Below are positions 46,713-58,263 of a DNA stretch of 64,000 nucleotides, piece by piece. The translations under genes were made by a program, and so were the position numbers. Origin of the DNA: an uncultured virus (IMG/VR IMGVR_UViG_3300035424_000304). Lineage: Duplodnaviria; Heunggongvirae; Uroviricota; Caudoviricetes. Where the stretch lies: IMG/VR virus record IMGVR_UViG_3300035424_000304; one strand, written 5' to 3'. Numbering within the stretch: position 1 is the stretch's first letter; each line of letters starts with the position of its first letter. The notes beneath the pieces are model-generated. The model had not been told where the DNA came from. It did not search any database and worked only from the letters and a program-made list of their open reading frames with translations.

Positions 46713-49700
46713 TTAAACAACAGATCTTCTTTTTTTGTGGTACCAGATGAAGCCAATGCCAACAGAAATCGCGGCAACTCCAATCATGGTAATGCTCCGA
46801 AGTCCAGGTCCGCCGGTTTCGGGAAGCTCAGCAATGGAGCCAAACACATTGATATAATTGATCTCAACAATGGTTCCGCCATATACTGTGCCAGAAATTT
46901 CCCTGCTGGGAGTCAGCAATGATGAATCTTCATTGTTACTGCCGAAAACCGCTGAGGCTTTCTCTTCTTCGATCTTTCCAAGATATTCCCTTTTGTCTGA
47001 GCCGACAGGAATAACAGACAAATCCAGAGTGCCTTCCTGAACATAGGAATTGCAGTCATACTCACTTTCTGTGATATTGTATGTTACATAATCGGGAAGA
47101 TCGCGGATGATGGCATAGCAACCACCAGCAAGAAGTAGCTCTCCTCCATCATTCATGGTTCCAACACTAAGAATATTACCCTGGTTATCATAGGTTACAC
47201 ATGGATATTCCCCTTGGAGGTCAGTGCCGTCGCCATTCTTGAGGTTGACAGTAAAGGCGAACTCGCGATTGTCTTCTTCCCCGCCAACCAACGTTTTCCG
47301 GATTTTAAGAGAGTTGTTGTACGCAGTTCCTCCGCTTATGATTTTTGCAGACGGGATCGTATACTGAATCCAGCAAGTAGAGCCAGATGCACCTCTCTCA
47401 AGATAGTAGAACTGAAGCTGATGTGGGGATGTATCCCCCTGTTCAATGTAATCCCAGAGGTTTACATACTCGCCAACAGCAGAGTGGCAACCGCCAAGGT
47501 CCAAGATGAGTTTTCCATCCAGAAACATCCAGATATCGTCATCTCCAAAGAAGAGATATTCCAGATCGCCGCAATAGTCATGCGGGATCGTGAAATCGAT
47601 GGTGAAATGCATTCCGAAATAGCTGTTATGATCCAATGCGTCATCGGAAACAGGAAGCGTTTCCCAACCACCTAAGCCAAAAGCCCTCTTTGCTTTGTAA
47701 TTTTCATTACCAAACACCAGGTCATGCCCATCTGCTCCAAAGGTTGGCGCAGAGTCCATTGGCCAAAAATTGTTTGTCCAGATATTAGTGTACTTTGGCT
47801 GAGGATTTTTGAAGGATGACAAATTTGTTGCCGGCGTACCTTTCACGGCTTCAAGGGTGTAGGTATCACCGGAACGGTTGAATTGGAGAGAATGCCCGTT
47901 AACAACGGTTTTGCCCACCAAAGAAGTCGGCCCAAAAAGATCGGGAACAGAAATATCGCTGTTAAATACAATATTTCCATCACTGTCAAGCTGTTTGGCG
48001 ATACCAAAGAAGCAGCCCCTGAATGCCTGTGCAACCCCATTGATTCGATTAAACTGATTGAAATACATCCCGTTGACCATCTCCGATTGCAAACCGGTGC
48101 CGGTATTGGCGTTTCCAAATGCGAATTTCGCCCCATTACCGGTGTAGTTATTGGGATTGTTAATTCCCTGAGACTTGGTGTTTGCATAAGCGGTATTCGA
48201 GTTTGACTGTGTAGATGTATTGGCTTGACCAGAAAAACCCATGCTGCCAGACATAGCTGAATAAATATATCCATCTGTAATGTCATAGTCCCAAAAATCC
48301 ACCGGAGACTCAGACGTTCCGTCGGTAGGAATATACAGAATCCTAATAAATGCATTGTTTTTCAGAACCACAGTGGATGGAGACTCAATACCATCAGAAA
48401 TATTTGTCAGACTGAGATCGTAAAAACTTTCCAATCCTAAGTCATCCTTATTATAGACATCCCAGTCCTCCCGCTCGGTACTTTCTGGATTTCTGCCATC
48501 TTTCAAAACCCAAAGTTCTACTGGTGCATAGTGAGCATCAAAAGTCTTGAGCTTATCAATATACGACAAATCAGGAGCATCGCGGTAACGGAATGTTTCT
48601 TCCAAGTAGATCTTTTTGATGGATTGTTCCGTCTTGACTGTTCCATCGCCATTCAGCGTCAGCTTCATTATTTTGGGCGTAATGTTTGCACCATTCTGCG
48701 GCAGAATTCCACCTGATGTATCAATAATGTCCAAGGCGCCTGTTGATGATTTATCAATCCCATCAATCAATCCATAATACTGCACGGTATAGTTCACAAT
48801 TTCTTCCGCTCCTGATGTAATAACAATCGGAGAGAAAATATTATTAAGCTTAACCGTGATTACTCCATTCTGAGTTGTGATTTGGTAGGAAAATGCTGGG
48901 TTGTCAGTCTTGTTCAAAATCCAGGTTAACGGAGCCGTCCTTTGAGGCAGAGTCACTTCTGTGGACGCTCCCGCTGCATAGTAATGGACGGAAGAAACAT
49001 CCTCTAATTTTTCCGACACAGAGCCGGCAACATCGTTAACTTTTACACTGTAAAAGCCGCAATCTGAGGCAATCAGTTCTACGTCGTATGATCCATTTAC
49101 CATTGTTTTTGAGGCAAACATTACAGAAATATTGTTCAAATTTGCCCCACTTGGCAGGGAAAGCATCCATTCCCCATCAATTTTATTGATAGAATTTTGT
49201 GCGAAGGTCAGTTTTCCATCCGAAGACAGCTGCGTGCCAAAGACCATCGATCCAACATAGCGTTCAAGATCAAACCCGAAATCGCCCAGAAGGTCGGACA
49301 CTTCCTCAAGTGGAACACGGTAATTAGCACTACCGGAAGATGAACTTTCAAGACGGGCCTTTGTTATTTCGCCAATCTGCGTGGGAATCCCATCAATGAT
49401 AACCTTTACCGGAATGGAAACATCAATTTCGTCGGTAAACAGATCATTGACATCATCCATCAGTCCATGTTCAATCTTCCAACACAGAACCCGAAAGCAA
49501 GATTCTTCAATCCTTCTCAAGGGCAGTTCTCCATTTTTTGCCGCAGCAAGGACAGGAGGAATTTGTTTATCAGGATAAGGAACCAATGCCATATCCGCCC
49601 CAGCCTTGAGGGCTGCCAGGCTTTGATTCCCATCACCGACATAACTGGTTACTGCACCCATATTCAGATCGTCAGTAATAGCCAGTCCTTCAAAGCCGAT

Positions 49701-52072
49701 CTGGTTTCGAAGGAGGCTGTAGACGGCAGGGGAAAGTGACGCAGGATTCTGTTTATCCAGATAATTGATCGTATTATGCGTCACCATTACAGCCCGGTTC
49801 CCTGCATTCATGCCGGCATAGAAAGGGATCAAATCGTTGTACCTGAAATCATTTTCTGACAGATAATTTACAGCAAATCCGTTATGGGTGTTGCTGGAGG
49901 TTGAACCGTAACCGGGAAAGTGCTTCAGCGTAGTCCCCATGCCGGCTTCTTCCATTCCCTTCACGGCTGCTTCGACATAGCTGGCATTGTCCAAACCATC
50001 TCCACCCCATGTTCTGGCATAAATATATCCTGTACTCGCCACGTCAGCCACAGGTGCATGATTCATATTGACTCCAAGGTTTTTAAGAAAAGCAGCTTTA
50101 TCTGCTGCGTCCGCAAGAACTGCGGGCAGACCACCATTTGTCTTCAAATCCTGAGGACCAGGGAATGCAGACGAGCGATATTGGGGCAGATTGCTGGCGC
50201 GGTTGACCTTACCTCCCTCTTCGTCAATGCTGATGATAAGGGGGATTTTGGAATCCTTCTGAGTCTGGTCAATCTTTGCTTTAAAGCTCTCCGGTGATTC
50301 ATTCACAAGATCCGGCTGGAATACAATATATCCACCAGGATGATATTTATCCGTAATTGCCTTCACATCCTCTGCAGTTCTTACGGTAGTATCGGAATAG
50401 TGAAGCAGGAATAGCTGTCCGACTTTTTCCTCCAGCGTCATTTGATTCAGAAGTCTTCTTGCCTTAAGCTCCGTTGCGGAAGACCAGTGGTAAGTTCCAC
50501 TTTTAACATGAATAAAAGTAGCGCAATCAGAGGGTTTTTTGTTCAGCCCACTATCAACTGAATAAACACCACTAGCCTTAAGCTCAGTCCCATCTTCGGT
50601 CACTGTCACAGTCAGTGTATATTCTCTTACGTCTTTACAATTACTTCCCGAAAGATCTCTAATGAGAAACCCATAAGTTCCAGCCTTTGAAAAACTAATT
50701 GGATACAGCTGTTTTTACCCGTTCCATCAATTATCTGTTCTGGTGAAAAATAACCGACATCCGGAGACACTTCTATTGCTTCGATTCCAACCTTAACAGG
50801 ATGCGGAGACTCCCCTACAAAATTGACTTCAATTGCAGGACTAAAGTCAACAGAAACAGCTGGGATTTCAACAACAAACACAACCCCTTCTTTATTTTCT
50901 GTTCCATCTGGCATATGTGTATATGTGACATCTGAAATGTAAAGGGAACCCGATTGCTCATCTACAAGAATCTCTAACCGGTAATGTTCAGCAGGAAAAT
51001 GATTGCAGGATATTTCAAAAACATAGGTTCCAGGACTGAAGAACAGGATATCAGAATAATCTACGGTTCCATTCCCTACCCGATGGATATCAACCCAGTT
51101 CGGCATTGTAACATCGGGTCCTGATATCTTGGATAGATGGAACCATCTATCTGCGTCATCATCATCTGGCGCAACCAGATTAACATTTATTCCATAGCGC
51201 ACAGGATCATATTCAATGGACTCTTGTTCATCTCCCATAGAAGGCTCTTCCTGCTCTATAGAAGGCCCTTCTTGGTTCGGCTGATCCCCCTGGCTGGGCC
51301 GGCATACCTCAGAATGAATATGCTCCTGCATTCCACACTGTGGATTATCAGACATACCCCCGTCCTCTTCGATAAAACAGGAGTCATCGTGCTGGTGAAC
51401 GACCGCCTCAAGCATCCCGCAAATTGACCATCCATTCATATCCCAGCATTCCGCCCGATGAAGGTGAGAAGAAAGGTCAGCCTCGCCACAGATGGTGGTA
51501 CGGCGCATTTCATAGCATGCATCTGTATGGGCATGAGTCTGGACTGCTTCGCCTTCTGAACAGAGCAGAACACTTTCAGTTTGAAAACATTCCTCTGTAT
51601 GGACATGCGTTTCATCGCATTCTTGGCCACAGATGCATTTTTCCTGATTTTCATAGCAGGACTCTGTATGCTCATGTGGAATTACAGGCAGGACTGCTTC
51701 TTGACAAATAAGAACCCTGGACTCTTCATAGCAGTCCTCCATATGTGTATGCGCCTCATGTTCAGGTAAATCGCATACCAGTTCCCCATCGTCGTTATAG
51801 CAGTTTTTATCATGTGTGTGGATGATTTTGTCTGAGTAACCGCATACCAGTATACCTTCCCCATCATAGCATTCTGGGTTATGGCTATGTGCCATTGCTC
51901 TGCAACGCAAACTCCGTCTATCTGGTAATTTGTAGCACTCACTGGTATGCTGATGTTCTTGCAGAGAGCAGTCATCCTCTACGGCATAGCTGACACACGG
52001 GCTGACCAGCGACAGCGAAATTGCCATAGTGAGAATGAGAGCTCCGATTCTTTGAGAAAGAATCCTCTTCAT
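46713..52072 (-). CDS. LPXTG surface protein split by one frameshift: HxHxxxC repeats, pilin-like Ig domains, GH3 (NagZ-like) domain, fibro-slime/PA14 domain, LPETG anchor
   Basis: Signal peptide MKRILSQR; MTLEEKVGQL, IDEEGG, KHFPGYG, ITDDLNM; FFGDDDIWMFLDGKLILDLGGCH; LPETGG + TM + KKRR. The two ORFs join if one A is added at 50712-50716. Confidence 0.75.
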
Positions 52073-52643
52073 ATTTAGAAGAACCTCCTTTTTTTGTTTC
52101 TTTGGGGAATATTTGCTCTGCTGGTCGTATGAAATTTCTGGGCAAAGTATAAGAAGATCTTTCATGAGAAAATGCGTATAGGTCAGCAAGAGAACAGTTT
52201 CCTGAGCTGAGCAGCTGAAAGAACTAAAGATGTCTGTTCCAAGTATCAGATTCAACATCATCCATCTCCACAAAAAAAAGAAAAGAGACTCCTTTCGGAG
52301 TCTCTCTTCAGCCTTTTAATATGATTAGCAGCCGGGGCGTCGCTGGGGGTACGACGCTGACTGGTTCCCAGGAGTGCATTTTCCCCAAATAATTCAGACC
52401 ATCTATCTTGAACAGCCGGGCTATCGCAAAAACAAGAAGCTGGTGGCTTCTGCGCGATCTGACTGATGCCCATTCTGGTCTGCGTGTCAGCAGACCAAAA
52501 ACCTTTTATATAAACAGCCTTTTGAAACTGATTGTTTCTTAGTATGCAAAACCGAAAAAAAATATTACGAAACACGCAAATCTTTTTGACAAAAAAATAG
52601 ATGGGGCGGCGAGTACTTAACGCCGCCCCTTTTTCGGAGGATA

Positions 52644-52784
52644 TCAGGTGTTCTTTTTGTTCGTCATCTTCTGGTGGATATTAGTAACAATCAGGGAACA
52701 ATCTGCGCTTTGACCCTCGATGAGGGCATTGATATGCCCGTTCGCGGGCGCATTCGCTAGAGCCTGAATTGTTGTGCCGAACAT
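52644..52784 (-). CDS. small peptide (46 aa)
   Basis: AAGGAGG RBS, motif promoter at 52843-52866, hairpin downstream. Confidence 0.45.
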   Translation of the reverse strand: MFGTTIQALANAPANGHINALIEGQSADCSLIVTNIHQKMTNKKNT

Positions 52785-52935
52785 AATTCGAGCCTCCTTA
52801 AAAAATATCCTTGGAATTTTCCCCCTATGGGGTATCCTGATATATGCAGAACCACAAAAAAATATTAAAACCCACTTCTTTAGGGGAAAGTCCCCTTTTC
52901 TGATAGGAAGGGGACTTGATTGTCTCTTTGGATGT

Positions 52936-55179
52936 TTAGTCCTCTGGCGAAAATTCTTCAATCAAAATCTGTGCCTCGTCATCTTGGCGAAGGAGCTGCC
53001 CGCTGCTGGGGATCGAGCGGCAACGGTATCGGGAATCCCGTTTAAGAGGATTCTCTTCCAGCGTGGAAACGGACGCAAGCCGGAACTTTGCCTTCATGGA
53101 AACCACCTGATTGCCCTGTGCCGAACGGGTTGATTTGGCAGGAATGAAGACCGTATTCAAAATAACAGCCCGGACTTCGGTGGTCTTCAACACTAAATCC
53201 GTATCATCCATCAGGTGGAAGAACGCAACCAGGGGACTTTTGTCGCTATATGCCCCAGTGAGCTTCTTCCTGTTAGATGCTGTAGCATAGGCGCTCATCT
53301 CAATCTTCGATGCCTTCCCGTTTTCGTAGAAGAAGATAACATGACCCTTATATTCCCCGGGCAATATCATACCTAAGACGCTCTCCCCTGCGTCCATTCC
53401 CAGCTTTGCCGGGAGAAAGTCACCCATAGCACTCGCCTTCGTATCATCGAATCCATTCATCCGGCACTTGTACGCCTGTTGTTTATTGGTAAAGAAAATG
53501 ACTTCGGCGTTATTCGTTGTCTCGAAGGACTGACGAACAGCGTCCCCCTCCTTCAGCTTCTGGGTATCTGCCATTCGCAGGGACTGTGGCGTGATTTTCT
53601 TGAAGTAGCCGTCTGTTGTGAGGAATACCTTGACCGGATAGTCAGGAGCAAGCTCATCCTCAGAAAAAGACTCAATCTCATGTTCATAGACAATCGTAGT
53701 ATGCCTGGGTTCGGCATACTTTTTCTTGACGTCGGTAAGTTCCTTGATAATGACTCTCTGGATTTTCTTGGGATCGGCAGCGAGAGAAGCCAGTTCTTCG
53801 ATCTCCTTCTTCAGAGACTCAACTTCCTTTGTTCTCTTCAGGATGTATTCCCGGTTGATATTGCGCAGTTTGATTTCCGCTACATACTCCGCCTGAACCT
53901 CATCAATACCAAAACCGGCAATCAAATTCGGCACAACATCCGCATCTGCTTCCGTTTCCCGGATAATTCGGATGGCCTTGTCGATATCCAGCAGGATTGT
54001 CTGGAGACCCAGCAGCAGGTGAAGTTTCTCATTCTTTTTCCCCAGGGAGTAATTTGTGCGGCGGCGAACACATTCCATCCTCCACCCACACCACTCCCTC
54101 AATATCCCCCGAACACCCAGAACCTTCGGATATCCATTGATAAGGACATTGAAATTGCAGCCTAGAGCGTCCTGCAGAGTGGTCAGTTTGAAGAGCTTTG
54201 CCATGAATTTATCGGGTTCGACACCCCGTTTCAAGTCGATAGCCAATTTCAAGCCGTTGAGGTCGGTCTCATCCCGCATGTCGTTGATTTCCCGAATCTT
54301 CCCTGTCTTGATAAGGTCTTCTACCTTATCAATAATCACCTCGGAGGTTGTTGTGTAGGGAATTTCATAGATTTCAATAACATTTTCCGCTTTGAGGTAC
54401 CGGTATTTTCCTCGGATTTTAAGAGATCCTCGACCCGTCTCATATACTTCCCTCAATATGCTGGGTTCACAGATGAATTCTCCGCCTGTGGAAAAGTCAG
54501 GACCAGTCAAAACAGTGGTCAGATCGCAGTTGGGATTCTTCAGGTACGCAATCGCTGCATCACAGACCTCCCCCAAGTTAAACCCGCACAGTTGGCTCGC
54601 CATTCCAACAGCGATTCCCTGGTTGGCAGAGACAAGAATATTGGGATAGGAGGCGGGGAGCAGTGAGGGTTCCTTCATGGTGTTGTCATAGTTGTCAACA
54701 AAATCCACAGCATCCTGATCCAGATCCCGGAACAGCTCCTGGCAGATTGGAGACAGTTTTGCTTCGGTGTACCGGCTGGCTGCCCAGGCCATATCCCGCG
54801 AATAAACCTTGCCGAAGTTACCCTTCGAGTCGACGAAGGGGTGAAGCAGAGCGCCATATCCCTTACTGAGTCGCACCATCGTGTCGTAGATGGCGGCGTC
54901 GCCGTGGGGATTCAACCGCATAGTCTGCCCCACGATGTTGGCGGATTTCGTCCTTGCACCAGTGAGAAGCCCCATCTTATACATGGTATAGAGCAGCTTT
55001 CGGTGGGCAGGCTTGAATCCGTCGATTTCCGGAATTGCCCGGGAAACAATAACGCTCATGGCATAAGGCATATAGTTTTCTACCAGGGTATCCGATATAT
55101 CCTGCTCCTCAACAGTGGCTCGCAACCCCATAACATTCGGGTTGGTGGCCCGCATTGATTCTTCTTTTTTCTTTCTCAT
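52936..55179 (-). CDS. type IIA topoisomerase subunit A (GyrA/ParC family)
   Basis: DGFKPAHRK, PHGDAAIY, ASRYTE (catalytic Tyr), GIAVGMA; gyrA versus parC not resolved. Confidence 0.93.
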   Translation of the reverse strand: MRKKKEESMRATNPNVMGLRATVEEQDISDTLVENYMPYAMSVIVSRAIPEIDGFKPAHRKLLYTMYKMGLLTGARTKSANIVGQTMRLNPHGDAAIYDTMVRLSKGYGALLHPFVDSKGNFGKVYSRDMAWAASRYTEAKLSPICQELFRDLDQDAVDFVDNYDNTMKEPSLLPASYPNILVSANQGIAVGMASQLCGFNLGEVCDAAIAYLKNPNCDLTTVLTGPDFSTGGEFICEPSILREVYETGRGSLKIRGKYRYLKAENVIEIYEIPYTTTSEVIIDKVEDLIKTGKIREINDMRDETDLNGLKLAIDLKRGVEPDKFMAKLFKLTTLQDALGCNFNVLINGYPKVLGVRGILREWCGWRMECVRRRTNYSLGKKNEKLHLLLGLQTILLDIDKAIRIIRETEADADVVPNLIAGFGIDEVQAEYVAEIKLRNINREYILKRTKEVESLKKEIEELASLAADPKKIQRVIIKELTDVKKKYAEPRHTTIVYEHEIESFSEDELAPDYPVKVFLTTDGYFKKITPQSLRMADTQKLKEGDAVRQSFETTNNAEVIFFTNKQQAYKCRMNGFDDTKASAMGDFLPAKLGMDAGESVLGMILPGEYKGHVIFFYENGKASKIEMSAYATASNRKKLTGAYSDKSPLVAFFHLMDDTDLVLKTTEVRAVILNTVFIPAKSTRSAQGNQVVSMKAKFRLASVSTLEENPLKRDSRYRCRSIPSSGQLLRQDDEAQILIEEFSPED

Positions 55180-55216
55180 TAGATTCCACTCCTTTCAGCT
55201 AAAATTCTGTTGCTTA

Positions 55217-57223
55217 TTACATCAAATCGGATACGTCCAGATAATTGTGTCCCTCTGCAGCAATCATATCCTTCCGCCCCTGCAGGTTATTTCCCAAGAG
55301 CACATCAAACATCTGAGCTGCCCGTTCTCCATCGCCAGGCAGCACCTTAATCAGTCTTCTGGTCTCTGGATTCATAGTCGTTAACCACATCATATCCGGG
55401 TCATTTTCACCCAACCCCTTGGAGCGGTTGACCTTGAATTTCTTTCCGGATAATTTCTTCACAACGTCCGCCTTCTCCTTCTCCGTATAGGCAAACCAGG
55501 TTTTCTCCCCATAGTTGATTTCAAACAGCGGGGTTTCCGCAATATACACATACCCTTTCTCAATCAGGGTCGGGCAAAGCCGGTAGATCATTGTCAGCAC
55601 AAGCGTCCGAATCTGATAACCATCCACATCGGCATCCGTGCAGATAACAACTTTGTTCCAACGAAGGTTGTCCAAGTTGAACTCCCCCAGGTTCTTCGCT
55701 GCTCCCTTGCCGGCAATCTCCACTCCACAGCCCAGAACTTTCATCAGATCCGTGATGATTTCACTGGCAAAGATGCGCTTATAGTCCACCTTGAGACAAT
55801 TCAGAATTTTACCTCGAATTGGCATAATGCCCTGAAATTCAGCATCCCGGCTCAATTTAACGCTGCCCAGAGCGGAATCACCCTCAACAATGTAGATTTC
55901 CCGGCGGGTGACATCTTTTGTCCGGCAATCCACGAACTTTTGTACTCGGTTGGCAATATCAATTGTCCCGGTCAGCTTTTTCTTTATCCCTTGCCGGGTC
56001 TCCTCCGCCCGTTCCCGACTGCGCTTGTTAATCAAGACCTGAGCGGCAATCTTGGCGGCGTCGGCGGGACTCTCCGTGAAGTAGATCTGAAGCTGCTCCT
56101 TCAGGTAGTCAGCCATTGCTACTTGGACATACCGGTTGGTGATAGATTTCTTCGTCTGGTTCTCATAGCTGGTCTGTGTGGAAAAATTGTTGCTGATAAA
56201 AATAATGCAATCCTCTATATCTTGCCATGTGACCTTAGACTCTTTCTTCTGATATTTATTGTTCTGCCTCATCCAAGCATCAATAGTGTTGACAAAGGCT
56301 GTTCGCATGGCTTTGTCGGGGCTGCCGCCGTGTTCCAGCCAGCTTGAATTGTGATAATGCTCAACCGCAGTTACCTTGTTCGAGAAGCAGAAGCAGACAG
56401 ACAATTTGACTTTATACTCATCCTTATCCTCCCTGTCCTTGCCCCGGCGCTCTGTCTCCCAGAACACAGGATCAGTGAGTACCTCTTCCCCGGCAATCTC
56501 CCGGACATAATCAACTATCCCCTGCTCATAAAGGAAGTCCTGCTCCTCAAATTCACCAGAAGCGGTCTCGCTCCGGAACCGAAAGGTAATTCCGGCGTTC
56601 ACCACCGCCTGCCGACGGATAGTATCCAGATAATATTCAACAGGGATATCAATGTCCGTAAAGACGTCCAGGTCTGGAAGCCAGCGGGTACGAGTGCCTG
56701 TCTTGCGCTTATTCTTGGTCAGAGGCGTCTTTTTCAACTCCTCCCCTGTCTCTCCCACAATCTCCCCTCTCTCAAAGTGGAGCTGGTACTCAAAACCGTC
56801 CCGCCAGACAGTGACGTCCATGTAACGGGAAGCATACTGGGTGGAGCAGGAGCCAAGTCCATTCAAACCCAGGGCGTATTCGTAATTTTCTCCCTCATTA
56901 TTTTTATATTTGCCACCGGCATAGAGTTCGCAGAAGACAAGCTCCCAGTTCCAACGCTGCTCCTTCTCGTTCCAATCCACGGGACACCCCCGCCCTTGAT
57001 CCTCCACTTCAATACTGTGGTCGAGGAAACGGGTTACGGTAATCAGTTGTCCATGCCCCTCTCTGGCCTCGTCAATGGAGTTGGAAAGAATCTCAAACAC
57101 CGCCTGCTCGCAGCCATCTAAGCCATCAGAACCAAAGATGACTCCGGGACGTCTGCGTACCCGATCCGCACCCTTCAATGCGGTTATCGCTTCATTACCG
57201 TATGTTGGTTTCTCCTTTCCCAT
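55217..57223 (-). CDS. type IIA topoisomerase subunit B (GyrB/ParE family)
   Basis: EILSNSIDE, DQGRGCP, VEGDSA, PIRGKILN, TDADVDG, KGLGE. Confidence 0.93.
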   Translation of the reverse strand: MGKEKPTYGNEAITALKGADRVRRRPGVIFGSDGLDGCEQAVFEILSNSIDEAREGHGQLITVTRFLDHSIEVEDQGRGCPVDWNEKEQRWNWELVFCELYAGGKYKNNEGENYEYALGLNGLGSCSTQYASRYMDVTVWRDGFEYQLHFERGEIVGETGEELKKTPLTKNKRKTGTRTRWLPDLDVFTDIDIPVEYYLDTIRRQAVVNAGITFRFRSETASGEFEEQDFLYEQGIVDYVREIAGEEVLTDPVFWETERRGKDREDKDEYKVKLSVCFCFSNKVTAVEHYHNSSWLEHGGSPDKAMRTAFVNTIDAWMRQNNKYQKKESKVTWQDIEDCIIFISNNFSTQTSYENQTKKSITNRYVQVAMADYLKEQLQIYFTESPADAAKIAAQVLINKRSRERAEETRQGIKKKLTGTIDIANRVQKFVDCRTKDVTRREIYIVEGDSALGSVKLSRDAEFQGIMPIRGKILNCLKVDYKRIFASEIITDLMKVLGCGVEIAGKGAAKNLGEFNLDNLRWNKVVICTDADVDGYQIRTLVLTMIYRLCPTLIEKGYVYIAETPLFEINYGEKTWFAYTEKEKADVVKKLSGKKFKVNRSKGLGENDPDMMWLTTMNPETRRLIKVLPGDGERAAQMFDVLLGNNLQGRKDMIAAEGHNYLDVSDLM

Positions 57224-57564
57224 ACGATCCCTCCTTTGTTGTCAAATTTCTTCTCATTCTATGCGCATATCTCGGAAAATATCAAAAATGCAGAAAACTT
57301 CCCCTTATTTTCACGCATCTCCACATTACGTTTGTTTTCGGGCTGCTCCTTCTGAACCTATATATCTTAACAAGAACCCTCCCAATGCAAGATCTTCACA
57401 CAAAACCTTCTGTTATAATGCTGACTCATTGTATCACGGCTCCCTCAAAAAGACAAATGTTTTGTAAGTTCCGTTTTATTCCCCGTTGATAGTTTTCATT
57501 CCTTTTTCATACAAGAAGATAACCTATCACGAAAAGGCTGAATATGAACAGGAGGAAAGAAACT

Positions 57565-57969
57565 ATGAAAAAAAACTTGTGTTGGATGCAGTTCAAAAAT
57601 GCGATGGAGCTGCAGAATCAAGCATCCCGCGCCAATCTTCGGTTAAAAAACAGCATCATTCGGGACCTGAAAAGCGTTATCCCGGAAAAGGAAAAGACAG
57701 ACAGCTGCTGCGTGGTTGTCTCCCTCTCCGAAATTCGCGCTGTGCGATCGCTGTCCCCTTCCGACTATATGGTGAAGACACAGGTGGAGCTGATTACCGA
57801 AGCTCTTATGGGTTGCCGTTCGGCCGAGAAAATGCAGGCTGTTGTCCAGGAGCTGGTTAAGACCGGAACGATTTCCAATGGGAATCGAATTCTGCCTATC
57901 AGCAGTCCTGTCTGGTCTGTTCTTAGGCGATATTCCAGACCCGAGACCCGTCCCACCAAAATTGGGTAA
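57565..57969 (+). CDS. hypothetical protein
   Basis: About 134 aa; AGGAGG RBS. Confidence 0.55.
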   Translation: MKKNLCWMQFKNAMELQNQASRANLRLKNSIIRDLKSVIPEKEKTDSCCVVVSLSEIRAVRSLSPSDYMVKTQVELITEALMGCRSAEKMQAVVQELVKTGTISNGNRILPISSPVWSVLRRYSRPETRPTKIG

Positions 57970-58166
57970 GTCTCCATCCCGGATTTGACTGTCCAACGGA
58001 AATGGGTCAGAGCCGGCATGAGCTGACTTGACCTGGACGGTTCAATGAAAACGCAGGATTCACCCTCAGAGTCCTGCGTTTTTATAACTTTCTGGCATTC
58101 TGCATAAGAAGAAGCAAGGCAACAAAAGAAAGGTTATCAAAAAAGGTTAGAAATGGCTTGATATTT

Positions 58167-58214
58167 TCTCAAGATATTGCATAGTATAGAGTCCGATTCC
58201 ACTATATGTTGTAT
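58167..58214 (+). promoter_or_regulatory. tandem NrdR boxes
   Basis: TCTCAAGATATTGCAT (58167) and CCACTATATGTTGTAT (58199), 32 bp apart, resembling acaCwAtATaTwGtgt upstream of nrdD. Confidence 0.6.
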
Positions 58215-58263
58215 TCGTGTGAAAAATCAAGCTTCTCTTAAATTTGAAAGGAGTAAACTTATC

